Origin: a virus
DNA length: 64,000 nucleotides
IMG/VR virus record: IMGVR_UViG_3300045988_109025
Location: 16,804 to 80,803 of that record
Strand: one strand, 5' to 3'
Part shown: positions 42,573 to 52,153 of the stretch, in pieces
How the letters are laid out: each line of letters begins with the position of its first letter
Numbering within the stretch: position 1 is the first letter of the stretch
Notes under the pieces: generated by a model
What the model was told of the DNA's origin: nothing
The model's database searches: none
Seen by the model: only the letters and a program-made list of their open reading frames with translations
Made by a program: the position numbers and the translations under genes

Positions 42573-42744
42573 TAATCCAGTCGCCTTCCTTTTCAAAATA
42601 AATGTATCTGCTGTTTTTCTTGACCGGCTCTGATGTATCAATGCCACACTTTATCAGCAGACCTTTCCAAGATTTAAACTCTTTTAACATGATCTTGAAT
42701 CTGGTGTAGGTCTTGCCGTCCTTTTTGAAAATTGATATTTCCAT
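42559..42744 (-). CDS. hypothetical protein
   Basis: 61-aa track ORF. Confidence 0.4.
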   Translation of the reverse strand: MEISIFKKDGKTYTRFKIMLKEFKSWKGLLIKCGIDTSEPVKKNSRYIYFEKEGDWINGKM

Positions 42745-42746
42745 GT

Positions 42747-43145
42747 TCAGTCCTCCTTATATGGTTCTGGATAATCCATCCATGCAACTACTGTTCCGCC
42801 TAAAACTTTTTTATCCGTTCTCCAAATTCCATCAGTAGTATGCACCTGTTCTACCAATACTGTTCCATCGTCAAATACAACTGTAGCAATCACATATTTA
42901 GATGTTTTTTCGAACATTCCTCTTTTCCAGTTATCTGTCCCTTTGAATTTTGCAAATATAGAATCATGTTCTTCCGGTAATCTCTCACTGACTGGAATCC
43001 ATCTGTTTTCTTTCTCATCCTGTTCCAGATCATTCAAAAGAGTATTTACAATATTCAGTGTGCTCCCTGGAAGCCCATGCTTATACTGTGATTTATTTTC
43101 TATCTCAGTTTTGTACTGCTCTAATCTGGTTCGTACTCTGCTCAT
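42747..43145 (-). CDS. DUF551-like protein
   Basis: 132 aa. WIPVSERLPEEHD is typical of the DUF551 C-domain. Confidence 0.5.
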   Translation of the reverse strand: MSRVRTRLEQYKTEIENKSQYKHGLPGSTLNIVNTLLNDLEQDEKENRWIPVSERLPEEHDSIFAKFKGTDNWKRGMFEKTSKYVIATVVFDDGTVLVEQVHTTDGIWRTDKKVLGGTVVAWMDYPEPYKED

Positions 43146-43369
43146 GCTTTCACCTCCTCATAAGTTTCTCTGAATATATCTGGCTTACACGGATAAAATT
43201 CACCGTGTACACCACGGATGATATAATCACCAATATTTGCCAGATGTTCACCCTCTAGCGTCTTGATTACTAATCCACCCGGAACCTTCCGATGGTCAAT
43301 ATAGAAATTCTTACCTTCTGCCGGAATGTACTGGTCCGTACACTGATAGTCCGTCAGAAAATCGAACAT
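43142..43369 (-). CDS. hypothetical protein
   Basis: 75-aa track ORF whose ATG overlaps the downstream gene. Confidence 0.5.
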   Translation of the reverse strand: MFDFLTDYQCTDQYIPAEGKNFYIDHRKVPGGLVIKTLEGEHLANIGDYIIRGVHGEFYPCKPDIFRETYEEVKA

Positions 43370-43418
43370 TTCTCGATAATTTGTACCGCGTCAATTACAA
43401 CTGGCTTCTTTCTGTACT

Positions 43419-43778
43419 TCATACTTCCACCTGGCTATCCTCTGGCATCTGGAACGTCATTCCTTTTTTGAGCATTTCTCCAAGTTCTCCTGCATGTGCT
43501 ATGTTTTCTTCCGTTTTTGGCTTCATACTTAATATCCTACATACTTCTGGAATTACATATTTTGTGTATTCCGAATCTCCATATGCTTCCTGGACCATAT
43601 CCAGTACTTTCATGGCTTTTGCTCTGGTGGAATATTTTCCTAAAATAAAATATCCTCCACTTCTCTGTGCATCCTGCAAACTCCAACATATAACATTCAA
43701 TGAATCTGGGAGTTTTAGATTAACTACAATGTTTTCAAACTTTACCAGCGCTGTTTTATCCTGACTTCTGATTAACAT
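43419..43778 (-). CDS. hypothetical protein
   Basis: 119-aa track ORF. Confidence 0.5.
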   Translation of the reverse strand: MLIRSQDKTALVKFENIVVNLKLPDSLNVICWSLQDAQRSGGYFILGKYSTRAKAMKVLDMVQEAYGDSEYTKYVIPEVCRILSMKPKTEENIAHAGELGEMLKKGMTFQMPEDSQVEV

Positions 43779-44131
43779 TTTGTGTCCTCCTGTTTCTTAA
43801 AATCCATCTTCAAGTCATAAACAAACTGGCAAAGTTTCTCTGCGATTTCATCTGCATTTTCTACATTTGCAAGCTGTCTGACATACTGCTTACCACATAT
43901 AACGCAAGTCAACTTTCTGATTGTTTCCCAGACTTGCCACGAGATAATAGATGAATCAAAAGCATCCATCATCAGAGAACTTCTTCTGTTCCCATTCTCA
44001 TCTCTAAACCACTTTTCCCTCGGTGCCTTTAATGTGGTTGCGACATCTTCTCTGGTAAGGCAACCTTTGTATTTCTCGTCCATGCGCTTTTCCAGCTCGT
44101 CCAGCAGTTCCTTCTTTTCCTGTTCTGTCAT
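43772..44131 (-). CDS. hypothetical protein
   Basis: 119-aa track ORF. Confidence 0.5.
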   Translation of the reverse strand: MTEQEKKELLDELEKRMDEKYKGCLTREDVATTLKAPREKWFRDENGNRRSSLMMDAFDSSIISWQVWETIRKLTCVICGKQYVRQLANVENADEIAEKLCQFVYDLKMDFKKQEDTKC

Positions 44132-44248
44132 TTTCCATCCTCACTTTCCCCATGTAAGCAACTGACACGCTATTGTGCAGTCCTCCATGATTTCTGTGTT
44201 AATATTTCCTCTATTTGGTTCTAATTCATCAAGGAATAAACCATTTAT

Positions 44249-44635
44249 TTACGCTCCAAATCTTCTGACCAATTCTTTATTCAAATCTGGAATCCGTACA
44301 TCTGTTTCAGATTCCAACTCTTCAACCATGCTCATAAAACTTCTTTCTCCACGGTTTGCTTGTCCTACAAACTCATTTGCACAATTAATTACGTCCAAAA
44401 GCCTTTTGGTTGAAAATCCATGCAGTTTTCTTAATGCCAGCATCATAGTTACGGAATTGATCGTATTCGCCCAGTCATCACCAGTATTGAATCCATCGTT
44501 ATAGGCTTGATCTTGCATGATTTCCAACTCTTTACGTGAGTTCTGCATGGCTCTGGCAAATGCCTGTGACATTTGATTATCGCATTCCAACACCCTATTT
44601 TTCTTTGGTGCTTTCATCTTTAATTTGCTTCCCAT
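44249..44635 (-). CDS. hypothetical protein
   Basis: 128-aa track ORF. The start is uncertain because of a 41-nt overlap with the upstream ORF. Confidence 0.45.
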   Translation of the reverse strand: MGSKLKMKAPKKNRVLECDNQMSQAFARAMQNSRKELEIMQDQAYNDGFNTGDDWANTINSVTMMLALRKLHGFSTKRLLDVINCANEFVGQANRGERSFMSMVEELESETDVRIPDLNKELVRRFGA

Positions 44636-44828
44636 ATTTTTTCCTTTCGTATCTGTATTCCGTCAAACGGTATGCTCTTGATACTCCCGGATGTTCTGTG
44701 GCAATCAGAGAATCCATTTCTAATTCCTCGCATCTGTTCTTCCAGGTACTCCCATTCTTAGAAGTAAGCCCTACATAATATCTTCCGGGAATCCACTCAA
44801 TTACACATTCGTTTGTGTTTTCTGACAT
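44595..44828 (-). CDS. hypothetical protein
   Basis: 77-aa track ORF. Confidence 0.45.
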   Translation of the reverse strand: MSENTNECVIEWIPGRYYVGLTSKNGSTWKNRCEELEMDSLIATEHPGVSRAYRLTEYRYERKKYGKQIKDESTKEK

Positions 44829-44841
44829 TCAATCACGCTCC

Positions 44842-45675
44842 TTATATAAAATCTCCTATGCTCATTTGACTATCTTTTTCAAAAACAAGCATTTCGCTTT
44901 TTGCTCTGTTATAAAAATTTCTGTCAATTTCAAATCCGTATGCACTTCTGCCAAGTTCCATGGCGGCTCTCAATGTGCTTCCACTTCCACAGCAAGGGTC
45001 AATTACTACGTCCCCAGGGTCAGTAAATATTTCAATCAGTCGTTTTAGAACTGATACTGGTTTCTGCGCTGGATGAATTTTCGGAATGCCATTTCCGTCT
45101 TTTTCCCACTGGAACCAGTTAAAAACCATCTTTCCAGTTCCACGAATAGTCTTTCCGTTTTCGTCCGTTTGCGCTCCATTTATGAATTTTGGAAGTTTAT
45201 CTCTGTAGAATACAAGTGCATATTCTGTAGCACCTACCACACGCATATTTGCTTTAAGCACCTGTGGGCTGTAGTTTTTAATAAACACAATTGGTATATA
45301 GTGAACAAAGCCATGTTTCGCAGCTGCATTGATCAGAGTTTGAATTTGTTCAAATGAACAGAACACTATCATGCATGGTGCGTCTGAACTTCTTCCTCTT
45401 ACCCCTGCCTTTTTAGGCTCCTTCTTCAACATTTTCGAGCAGAAATGGAAGTATTCAAACAGGTTGAAATTGAAGTCAGAGTTAAATGCTGCTTTCCCGG
45501 CTAATTTGCTTTCGCCGTTTTTATTATCTCCCTTCGTATACCACATAGGGCTACTTCCATAAAAATTATTACCTACATTGTAAGGAACATCTGCAATTAC
45601 AAGCTGTGCTCTTGGGATTGCATATTTCTTATAATTCTGCATAGAATCACGATATATTTCACATTTTAATTTCAT
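44842..45675 (-). CDS. DNA methyltransferase (beta-class N6A/N4C type)
   Basis: 277 aa. Motif IV-like IADVPYN is near the N-terminus and motif I DPCCGSGST is near the C-terminus. Confidence 0.8.
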   Translation of the reverse strand: MKLKCEIYRDSMQNYKKYAIPRAQLVIADVPYNVGNNFYGSSPMWYTKGDNKNGESKLAGKAAFNSDFNFNLFEYFHFCSKMLKKEPKKAGVRGRSSDAPCMIVFCSFEQIQTLINAAAKHGFVHYIPIVFIKNYSPQVLKANMRVVGATEYALVFYRDKLPKFINGAQTDENGKTIRGTGKMVFNWFQWEKDGNGIPKIHPAQKPVSVLKRLIEIFTDPGDVVIDPCCGSGSTLRAAMELGRSAYGFEIDRNFYNRAKSEMLVFEKDSQMSIGDFI

Positions 45676-46410
45676 TCATTCCACCTCTTTTAACCGTTCG
45701 CTCCCAATATGAAAATATTTTTCTTCTTTCTCAAAACCTAAGAATCTTCTACCTGTAGTTCTGCAGGCAACTCCTGTGCTACAGGAACCGGCGCAATTAT
45801 CCAAGACTAAATCACCTGGATTTGTGTATGTTTTGATTAACAATTCCATAAGTGATAACGGTTTTTGTGTTGGATGTAGCGCGCATTTTTGACTGTCTTT
45901 TGCAAAAGTCCACACAGATGTTGGGAAACGCTCTGTACTGTCATAAGAAGTTAATCTGTATTTCCCATAGTTTGTTGTTTCTTTGCATTTAACCTTATGT
46001 TCCACTTTACTTATTTTTCTTTTGTTTCCAGTTGTTTTCTGTGGATTATAAGTAGGAAGTTTTTTATAAAAAACACAAATATCTTCATGTGACCGAAGAG
46101 GCATTTTGTTAGCATTCAAAAATCCTGTAGGTTGTGTTTTCTGCCATATCAAGTTATATCGCCACATATCACGATTACTTTGCATTAAATCTGCAGTAAA
46201 CATTCCGTTTGCAAATAATATAATGGCACCATGCTCTTTAATAATTCTTTTATACTGTTTCCATAATGGCTCAAACGGAATAACCGAATCCCATTTATTT
46301 CTTGCTGTTTGTCCATATGGAAGGTCGGTTAAAATCATGTCTATTGATTCGTCATCAATCAATTTAAAGCCATCGAAACAATCCATACAGTAAAAACCGT
46401 CATTTATCAT
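45676..46410 (-). CDS. DNA methyltransferase (beta-class N6A/N4C type)
   Basis: ATG at 46410. It has LTDLPYGQ and DNCAGSCST motifs and abuts the second methyltransferase. Confidence 0.8.
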   Translation of the reverse strand: MINDGFYCMDCFDGFKLIDDESIDMILTDLPYGQTARNKWDSVIPFEPLWKQYKRIIKEHGAIILFANGMFTADLMQSNRDMWRYNLIWQKTQPTGFLNANKMPLRSHEDICVFYKKLPTYNPQKTTGNKRKISKVEHKVKCKETTNYGKYRLTSYDSTERFPTSVWTFAKDSQKCALHPTQKPLSLMELLIKTYTNPGDLVLDNCAGSCSTGVACRTTGRRFLGFEKEEKYFHIGSERLKEVE

Positions 46411-46518
46411 CCTCAAAAGAAGCCCGGTGCACCCTTACGTCAGCTGAAGGCAAGCTCCTTTCATTTTTTTATTTTTTATCTTTGGAATTTAGCCAGTAGA
46501 ACTACTGGTGTGTTAGAA

Positions 46519-47109
46519 TCAGTGATAGTTTTCTTCATTGAGTAAGTCGTTGAATTTTTCCAACGCCTTAATAGATACTTTGTTATTTACTTTTTCTGGT
46601 CTGATTGATACATTTAAGTGAGTATCAATGATGTGTTTCAACTCTCTTGCAAGGTTTTTCTTACCTTGTTGAAGTCCATCTCTATAACCTTTTGCTGGGC
46701 GAAATTCATTGATTTTTTCTTTTCCTTCTCCTTGGCTTCCAGATGTTTTATTGTATCGGCATTGGTACCCTTTTTTTGTGTATTCCAATATCCAATACTG
46801 TTCCATATTATCAAGCTGTTCTACCGGATAATGGATAAAATTTATTTTCCACCCATTCGGGTTTTCTTTACTGTAAAATCCTCTCTTCTTTATTGATAAA
46901 TCAATGTGCTGATACCCAGTAAGATGAGAACACATCCGTTGAATTATATGTACTGCCTGACCTATATAAAAGTATGGGATTTCGTTTTCATCAGTTCTGG
47001 TTAAAAAATAAATTCCGCTCCCATCGTCAAGCTTCGGATTGATTTTTAGAAGTCTTTTTCGGTTCGTTGCTTCAATAGCTTTTGCCTGTCTAAGTTTTTT
47101 ATAATCCAA
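46519..47109 (-). CDS. GIY-YIG domain protein
   Basis: 196 aa with GIYFLTRTDENEIPYFYIGQAVHIIQRMCSH...EQYWILEY. Confidence 0.6.
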   Translation of the reverse strand: MDYKKLRQAKAIEATNRKRLLKINPKLDDGSGIYFLTRTDENEIPYFYIGQAVHIIQRMCSHLTGYQHIDLSIKKRGFYSKENPNGWKINFIHYPVEQLDNMEQYWILEYTKKGYQCRYNKTSGSQGEGKEKINEFRPAKGYRDGLQQGKKNLARELKHIIDTHLNVSIRPEKVNNKVSIKALEKFNDLLNEENYH

Positions 47110-47115
47110 CCGGAA

Positions 47116-47541
47116 TCACCCTTTTTCAATCTGGTCAATGAGTTTCTTGCATTCATTTTTAACATAGGCAAGTGAACGAATTTTGCAATCTGGATCTTTA
47201 TTTAATTCTCGCCAGCAATCTCCCATTATTTTAAGCATTTTTTTGAAGTCTGGTTCTTCTCCGAAATACTGTTCTGCTGTCTCAATATCATAACCATCGA
47301 AACAATGAGCACAGTCAAATCCAATCCACCATGTATCATCATCGTCACAATCGTGTAGAAATGGTTCTGAATAAGTAACTCCACCATGGCAGTAAAGATA
47401 ACCTAAATCATCAACACTTTTCTTTGCCAGCTTATGGCTGTTAGGTATTCCAACATATCCGCATCTGTATGCTCCGGGCATAAACAGGACTACACATTGG
47501 TAACCTTTATACTCGAATTTAGTTTCTAAAACTGGTTCCAT
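47116..47541 (-). CDS. hypothetical protein
   Basis: 141-aa track ORF. Confidence 0.5.
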   Translation of the reverse strand: MEPVLETKFEYKGYQCVVLFMPGAYRCGYVGIPNSHKLAKKSVDDLGYLYCHGGVTYSEPFLHDCDDDDTWWIGFDCAHCFDGYDIETAEQYFGEEPDFKKMLKIMGDCWRELNKDPDCKIRSLAYVKNECKKLIDQIEKG

Positions 47542-47558
47542 TTATTTATCACTCCTCC

Positions 47559-47984
47559 TTAACTAAACGGAAATTCATCTTCCATACCGCCTAAATCCGG
47601 CACATCCATGAAGCTAGGTTCTGGCGGTGGTACTGGTCGTGTGTCTGTTTCCTGTGTCTGTGGTGACTGGCTTTTTCTTTCTGCAAATTCATGTTCTGCA
47701 ACAAGGCAATCATTTGAGTAGACTTTTTCACCGCTTTTGTTCGTATAGCTTCCAGTCTGCCATTCTCCACGCACATTTACTTTCGTGCCTTTTTTAAGAT
47801 ATTTCTCTGCAAATTCTGCATTTTTCCCAAGGCATACGCAAGCAATAAAGTCTGATTTTCTTTCCGTGTTCTTTTTTACTCTTCTTTCAACAGCCAAAAT
47901 GTATCTTGCAATTTTGGTGTCATTCGTTCCCATTCTGATATCTGGGTCAGCAGTTAATCTCCCAGAAATAATAACAATATTCAC
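47559..47984 (-). CDS. ssb: single-stranded DNA-binding protein
   Basis: 141 aa. OB-fold N-terminus MNIVIISGRLTADPDIR...FIACVCLGKNAEFAEKYLKKGTKVNVRGEWQ and an acidic tail MEDEFPFS. Confidence 0.85.
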   Translation of the reverse strand: MNIVIISGRLTADPDIRMGTNDTKIARYILAVERRVKKNTERKSDFIACVCLGKNAEFAEKYLKKGTKVNVRGEWQTGSYTNKSGEKVYSNDCLVAEHEFAERKSQSPQTQETDTRPVPPPEPSFMDVPDLGGMEDEFPFS

Positions 47985-47990
47985 AATTTA

Positions 47991-48179
47991 TCACCTCTCA
48001 ATCTGAATGTCGCATCTAATAAGTGCGTGTTTGATTTTCTTTGCATTTCCTGTTACAGTTTCTTCTTTCCCGATAACAAAGGAAATATCATCTTCTGTTA
48101 CATTGAATCCTTTTGTTTTGATATGCTCCATGATTATTTCTTTAATTTCATCTGTGCCAATTCCGATTGTTATTTCCAA
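47991..48179 (-). CDS. hypothetical protein
   Basis: TTG at 48179 follows a GGGAGG RBS. The upstream part of track ORF 47991..48272 overlaps the preceding gene. Confidence 0.4.
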   Translation of the reverse strand: MEITIGIGTDEIKEIIMEHIKTKGFNVTEDDISFVIGKEETVTGNAKKIKHALIRCDIQIER

Positions 48180-48184
48180 TGGTG

Positions 48185-48541
48185 TTACCTCCCTGGTTTG
48201 TAGGCTGGTGGCATTGGCTGCCATGCAATGACTGGATAATACGCAAAACCATATGCTTCTACACTTCCCCATTTACCGTCCCCTAAATATGTAAGACTTG
48301 TCGGAAGAACAGCTCCATTAATTGTAACTGCATATTCTTTCCAATCTCCTGGGTTTTCTTCCTTGTTTGGTTCTGGCGGTAACTTCACATCTGTTGGAAT
48401 CCACATATCCGCAGAGCTGTAGGAACAAATCAGTTCTTCAACTTTCTTGATTGCATCATTCCATCCTTTATCGTACTTGCATTCATGTTCGGAAGGCTCT
48501 GGATTTTTCAGTTTGTCAAGTGTTTTTAAGAAGATTTTCAT
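48185..48541 (-). CDS. DUF551-like protein
   Basis: 118 aa with WIPTDVKLPPE. Confidence 0.45.
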   Translation of the reverse strand: MKIFLKTLDKLKNPEPSEHECKYDKGWNDAIKKVEELICSYSSADMWIPTDVKLPPEPNKEENPGDWKEYAVTINGAVLPTSLTYLGDGKWGSVEAYGFAYYPVIAWQPMPPAYKPGR

Positions 48542-48972
48542 TAATAATCATTCTCCTTTAATCTATTAAACGAAATTTCTACTGGCATTTTCCATTCAGA
48601 TTCTGTACACTTAACAATAGCCTGCAAGAAAGATGCGGTGACATTCTTTTTAAAATCCACACTCTTTAACTGTTTTCTTATCTCTTCTGCAAATTCCTCA
48701 CGGTTTTCGTTTACATATTTTTCAATTTCTTCCTTTACTGTGGTTTTTACAATATCTTCTGCAAGCCAGTCAAAATATGGTTTTGCGCTCCAACTCCCTT
48801 TATCGCAAAATTTTCCTTCTTTATTAACATACCTATTCGTCATTGTTTTTATCGCATCACGTACAATAACGGATGGGTCGCCTAATGCCTTTACGATTCC
48901 GGCGTGAACTTCTTCTTGTATTGCTGCTTTTATTACATCGTCACTGATATTTAAACTCATCATGTTTCCCAT
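48541..48972 (-). CDS. hypothetical protein
   Basis: 143-aa track ORF. Confidence 0.5.
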   Translation of the reverse strand: MGNMMSLNISDDVIKAAIQEEVHAGIVKALGDPSVIVRDAIKTMTNRYVNKEGKFCDKGSWSAKPYFDWLAEDIVKTTVKEEIEKYVNENREEFAEEIRKQLKSVDFKKNVTASFLQAIVKCTESEWKMPVEISFNRLKENDY

Positions 48973-48974
48973 AG

Positions 48975-49298
48975 CTAATCCTCCTTAGCTTTCTCAATAG
49001 TTTCTTTTATTGCTTCTTTCACAGCCTTGGTTTTAATCATCTTATCTGCCAAGGCTTTTGCCGCTTCCTGTACGATCACGCTTTTATTATCTTCTAGTAT
49101 CTCGGAAATATGAGAATGTATCATCCTACACAACGGCTCATTGGTTTCTCTACTACCATATAACTCTTTTTTATAAATAACTTCTTTGATTTCTTTGGTA
49201 ACTTTTTCAACTACCCTGTCCTCAACATTTTTACGGATTTCCTTTGCAATTTCTTCCTCATTAACACCAATCGTTACTGGTACACTGAATACACTCAT
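48975..49298 (-). CDS. hypothetical protein
   Basis: 107-aa track ORF, K/E-rich helical. Confidence 0.5.
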   Translation of the reverse strand: MSVFSVPVTIGVNEEEIAKEIRKNVEDRVVEKVTKEIKEVIYKKELYGSRETNEPLCRMIHSHISEILEDNKSVIVQEAAKALADKMIKTKAVKEAIKETIEKAKED

Positions 49299-49633
49299 TT
49301 ACAGTTCTCCTCTCCTGCTTCAATCGCATATTTAAGTTCCTCATATAAATCAATTCTTTTTCTTAGAGTATTTAATTCATTATCGTATTTTTTTAAAAAT
49401 ACTTCCTTTGCTTTTTCATAATCAGGTGCATCTAGTACAATCGCTTTGTTGTATTCGCTAATGAAATTGCCTATTGATTCTTTTCTTATAAACGAAACAT
49501 AGATTCCGGCAGGAAATTTAGTTACTGGTTTGTATGTCTTTGGTTTTTCTATTACCTCACACTCTTCAAGACGAAGATTCCATTTATCTGTTTTTCTGTC
49601 CGTGTCCAGAATGTAAAAATATAGTTTCATCAA
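49295..49633 (-). CDS. hypothetical protein
   Basis: 112-aa track ORF. Confidence 0.5.
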   Translation of the reverse strand: MMKLYFYILDTDRKTDKWNLRLEECEVIEKPKTYKPVTKFPAGIYVSFIRKESIGNFISEYNKAIVLDAPDYEKAKEVFLKKYDNELNTLRKRIDLYEELKYAIEAGEENCK

Positions 49634-49647
49634 ATTTCTCCTTTCAA

Positions 49648-49923
49648 TTATTCAGTCGAATTGTTTTCCTTATCATCTTCAACTGCTTTCCAAATACAAT
49701 CCATAACAGATGCATAATCAAGAAGTATTTCTCTTTCTCTGATGTTTCTTCCGTCTTTTTCATTCCAATCTCTCACTATATAAAGTTCGGCATTTGCAGA
49801 AAGAATATCTGTTTTCATGTCCCAGTATTTAATATGGATTTCATAAGCTGCATTTGCAGAAATTGGATTTACATAAATTCCTTTTGTTACTTCTTTCCAA
49901 TCTTTTAAGTCAATTGATACCAT
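49648..49923 (-). CDS. hypothetical protein
   Basis: 91-aa track ORF. Confidence 0.5.
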   Translation of the reverse strand: MVSIDLKDWKEVTKGIYVNPISANAAYEIHIKYWDMKTDILSANAELYIVRDWNEKDGRNIREREILLDYASVMDCIWKAVEDDKENNSTE

Positions 49924-49935
49924 CTATTTCTCCTT

Positions 49936-50706
49936 TCAAAATGGACATAAGTCCAAGTTAACTTCAAGTCCAGGTCTGGCAATCTGAACCAGCGCATCAT
50001 CCCAAACCACCGCTTCTTTTATTTCCTTCAAAATCTGTTCCGGGTCAGCTGCTTCATTACTCAAATGCACCAACGTTACCGTCCGTAGTGCCGCCGTATG
50101 ATTCATATTTACTAAGTTTTTGCAAGTATCTAAGGAGCAATGTCCTTTAAGCCTGTGCGTGTAATTTTCGGCTGTTTTGTCAACCAATTCTCTACAATAG
50201 TTGCACTCAATAACTAAGTGGTTCAGCCGCATTGCTTTGAAGTTGTATCGGCAAAACTCAAAGTCGGTCATGTACAACAGCTTTCCCATTTCTTCATGTT
50301 CCACGATATACCCATAATTGAAACATGGAATAAGTTTCCCTGTGTCCTTATCCCTTGTAGTATGCGGCAAATAAAACGGTATTACTGTAAACGAACCAAC
50401 CAGAAACGGTCTTTTCTCTGGAACGCCTTTCATTAGCTCACCAGTGATGATTTGCAGATGTTCCACGGTTTCATCATTGGTGTAAATCTGAATACCTAAA
50501 TTCATTAGATTTTTAAATGATTCACGGTGATCACCGTGTTCATGCGTCAGAAGCACGCCAGAAACATCACTTGTCCTGTAGTCAATAGCTTTCAAAATGT
50601 CTTTGTATTTACATCCGCAGTCCAGAAGAAGCATTTCTCCGCTGTTCGATTTCAGAACATAGCAGTTTCCATGGTTACTTCCCGTGTTTACTACTCGCAT
50701 GAACAT
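49936..50706 (-). CDS. metallo-beta-lactamase-fold hydrolase (possible recombination nuclease)
   Basis: It has LLTHEHGDH (HxHxDH). The start is placed at an internal ATG after a GAGGTG RBS. It lies near recT. Confidence 0.7.
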   Translation of the reverse strand: MFMRVVNTGSNHGNCYVLKSNSGEMLLLDCGCKYKDILKAIDYRTSDVSGVLLTHEHGDHRESFKNLMNLGIQIYTNDETVEHLQIITGELMKGVPEKRPFLVGSFTVIPFYLPHTTRDKDTGKLIPCFNYGYIVEHEEMGKLLYMTDFEFCRYNFKAMRLNHLVIECNYCRELVDKTAENYTHRLKGHCSLDTCKNLVNMNHTAALRTVTLVHLSNEAADPEQILKEIKEAVVWDDALVQIARPGLEVNLDLCPF

Positions 50707-50746
50707 TTTCATCACCTCGCTTTCTATTGGATTACTGCTACTTGCG

Positions 50747-51031
50747 TCAGTTTTCCTCATTCACGACAATACCGCCATGGATAATAACTCTCTTTCCGTC
50801 CGAATCGTCAAAGTAAACTTCATTCTCGGATTCAGAAACATCAAACTTTCCAGACCAGGACTTGATTTTACCGCCGTTGTAATCGTAAACAGTTACGGTA
50901 CGGTTCAGACCACCGTCAATATCACTGGATAGTGATTTCAATGACCTGCTACAGGAGGAGCAACCACTAAACATTGTGATTGCTGTAACCCCTGTAATTA
51001 ATACTGCTGTCTTAATACATTTCTTTTTCAT
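50747..51031 (-). CDS. lipoprotein (DUF5052-like)
   Basis: 94 aa with signal peptide and lipobox MKKKCIKTAVLITGVTAITMFSGC. The mature part GLNRTVTVYDYNGGKIKSWSGKFDV...DGKRVIIHGGIVVNEE follows. Confidence 0.65.
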   Translation of the reverse strand: MKKKCIKTAVLITGVTAITMFSGCSSCSRSLKSLSSDIDGGLNRTVTVYDYNGGKIKSWSGKFDVSESENEVYFDDSDGKRVIIHGGIVVNEEN

Positions 51032-51032
51032 C

Positions 51033-51845
51033 TTACATTTCCTCCTGGCTCATAAATGACGGAATTTCTGTTTCCACTGGCTCTGCTGCCGGGACTGGTT
51101 CTTTCTCTGTTGTTTTTACGGTTTCGGCTACGGTTGGCTGCTTTGGCTTTTCTTCGATTACAGGGGAAAATGTTTCTAAATTTGCGTTCTTTTTAATATC
51201 GTTTTCAACTGCTTTTTCCAGATCAAAAGACTTGTAGTCTGCATCTGCAATTTCGATAACCTCCTCTACTGTATAAAGCCCATTTGAAAGCTCCGGGCAA
51301 TTCATTCGAGAGAAGAAAGAAGCAGCCCTGTATCTAAGCATTACTTGTGGCATGGTTCTCCATTTTGAACCGTTTTTGCTTGTCCATCCCTCGGCTTTTG
51401 CCATGTCCATTGTGACTTTGATTCCTGTTACTTTTCTTCCATTTTTTTCTGTCCAGCAGGTGCAAGCATACGGGGCACCGCTCTTGTCAGTTTCTTCATC
51501 GAACTGTAACTCGAAATCATATTTTCCTGAGCTGTTAATCATTGCGATCAGAAATGTTGCTCTCCACGCTGGTCTGCCCTGAATTACATCAAGATTCTGC
51601 ATAACCGTAAGAGGGCTTGTTTTCAGACGGTTTGCCATGTCGATTGCTACAAGACCATTCGCCCAATTGTTCTGGTAATCTTTGGGAACGATTGTTGATG
51701 CGGCGAAAGCCTTTGCCATCTGAGTTGCCATTGTGAAGTTATCAGAACTTCCAAAGATACCTAAACTGAAATCTGTCATCAGTTTCACTGGTGTTCTCTT
51801 TTCCTGATTCTGTGTTACTGGTGTTGTGTTTGTTGTTTCTGCCAT
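51033..51845 (-). CDS. recT: RecT-family single-strand annealing protein
   Basis: 270 aa. It contains MATQMAKAFAASTIVPKDYQNNWANGLVAIDMANRLKTSPLTVMQNLDVIQGRPAW, typical of RecT. Confidence 0.75.
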   Translation of the reverse strand: MAETTNTTPVTQNQEKRTPVKLMTDFSLGIFGSSDNFTMATQMAKAFAASTIVPKDYQNNWANGLVAIDMANRLKTSPLTVMQNLDVIQGRPAWRATFLIAMINSSGKYDFELQFDEETDKSGAPYACTCWTEKNGRKVTGIKVTMDMAKAEGWTSKNGSKWRTMPQVMLRYRAASFFSRMNCPELSNGLYTVEEVIEIADADYKSFDLEKAVENDIKKNANLETFSPVIEEKPKQPTVAETVKTTEKEPVPAAEPVETEIPSFMSQEEM

Positions 51846-52153
51846 TTTTTTATCTCCTTTTCTTGATTTTTATATTTCTCTCAGGTACATACATAGTGAA
51901 TTGAGTTTTTAGTTCGATATATTCTGCCCTGTTGTGTACTATAATTAACTGTTCTTTCCTGATGTTTGTTTTTTTAGGTGAACCTCAATCCACCGTGAAT
52001 GTACCTGAAAGTTATGCTCAGTAGCATATGAAACAGGATGAAATAATTTGTCTTTTTCTGTTTTTTCCTTTTCTGTCCTGTTCTGTATTTGCTTGAAATT
52101 TTCTATATATCCGGGCATTCACCCGGATTCATATACCACCGATAGTTACCTAA
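51846..52153. repeat. ORF-free spacer carrying YCCTGTT/CTGTTCTGT motifs
   Basis: It contains ctgccctgttgtgt (51927) and ctgtcctgttctgt (52073), plus T-rich runs. The motif family is the same as in 52832..53840. Confidence 0.5.
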
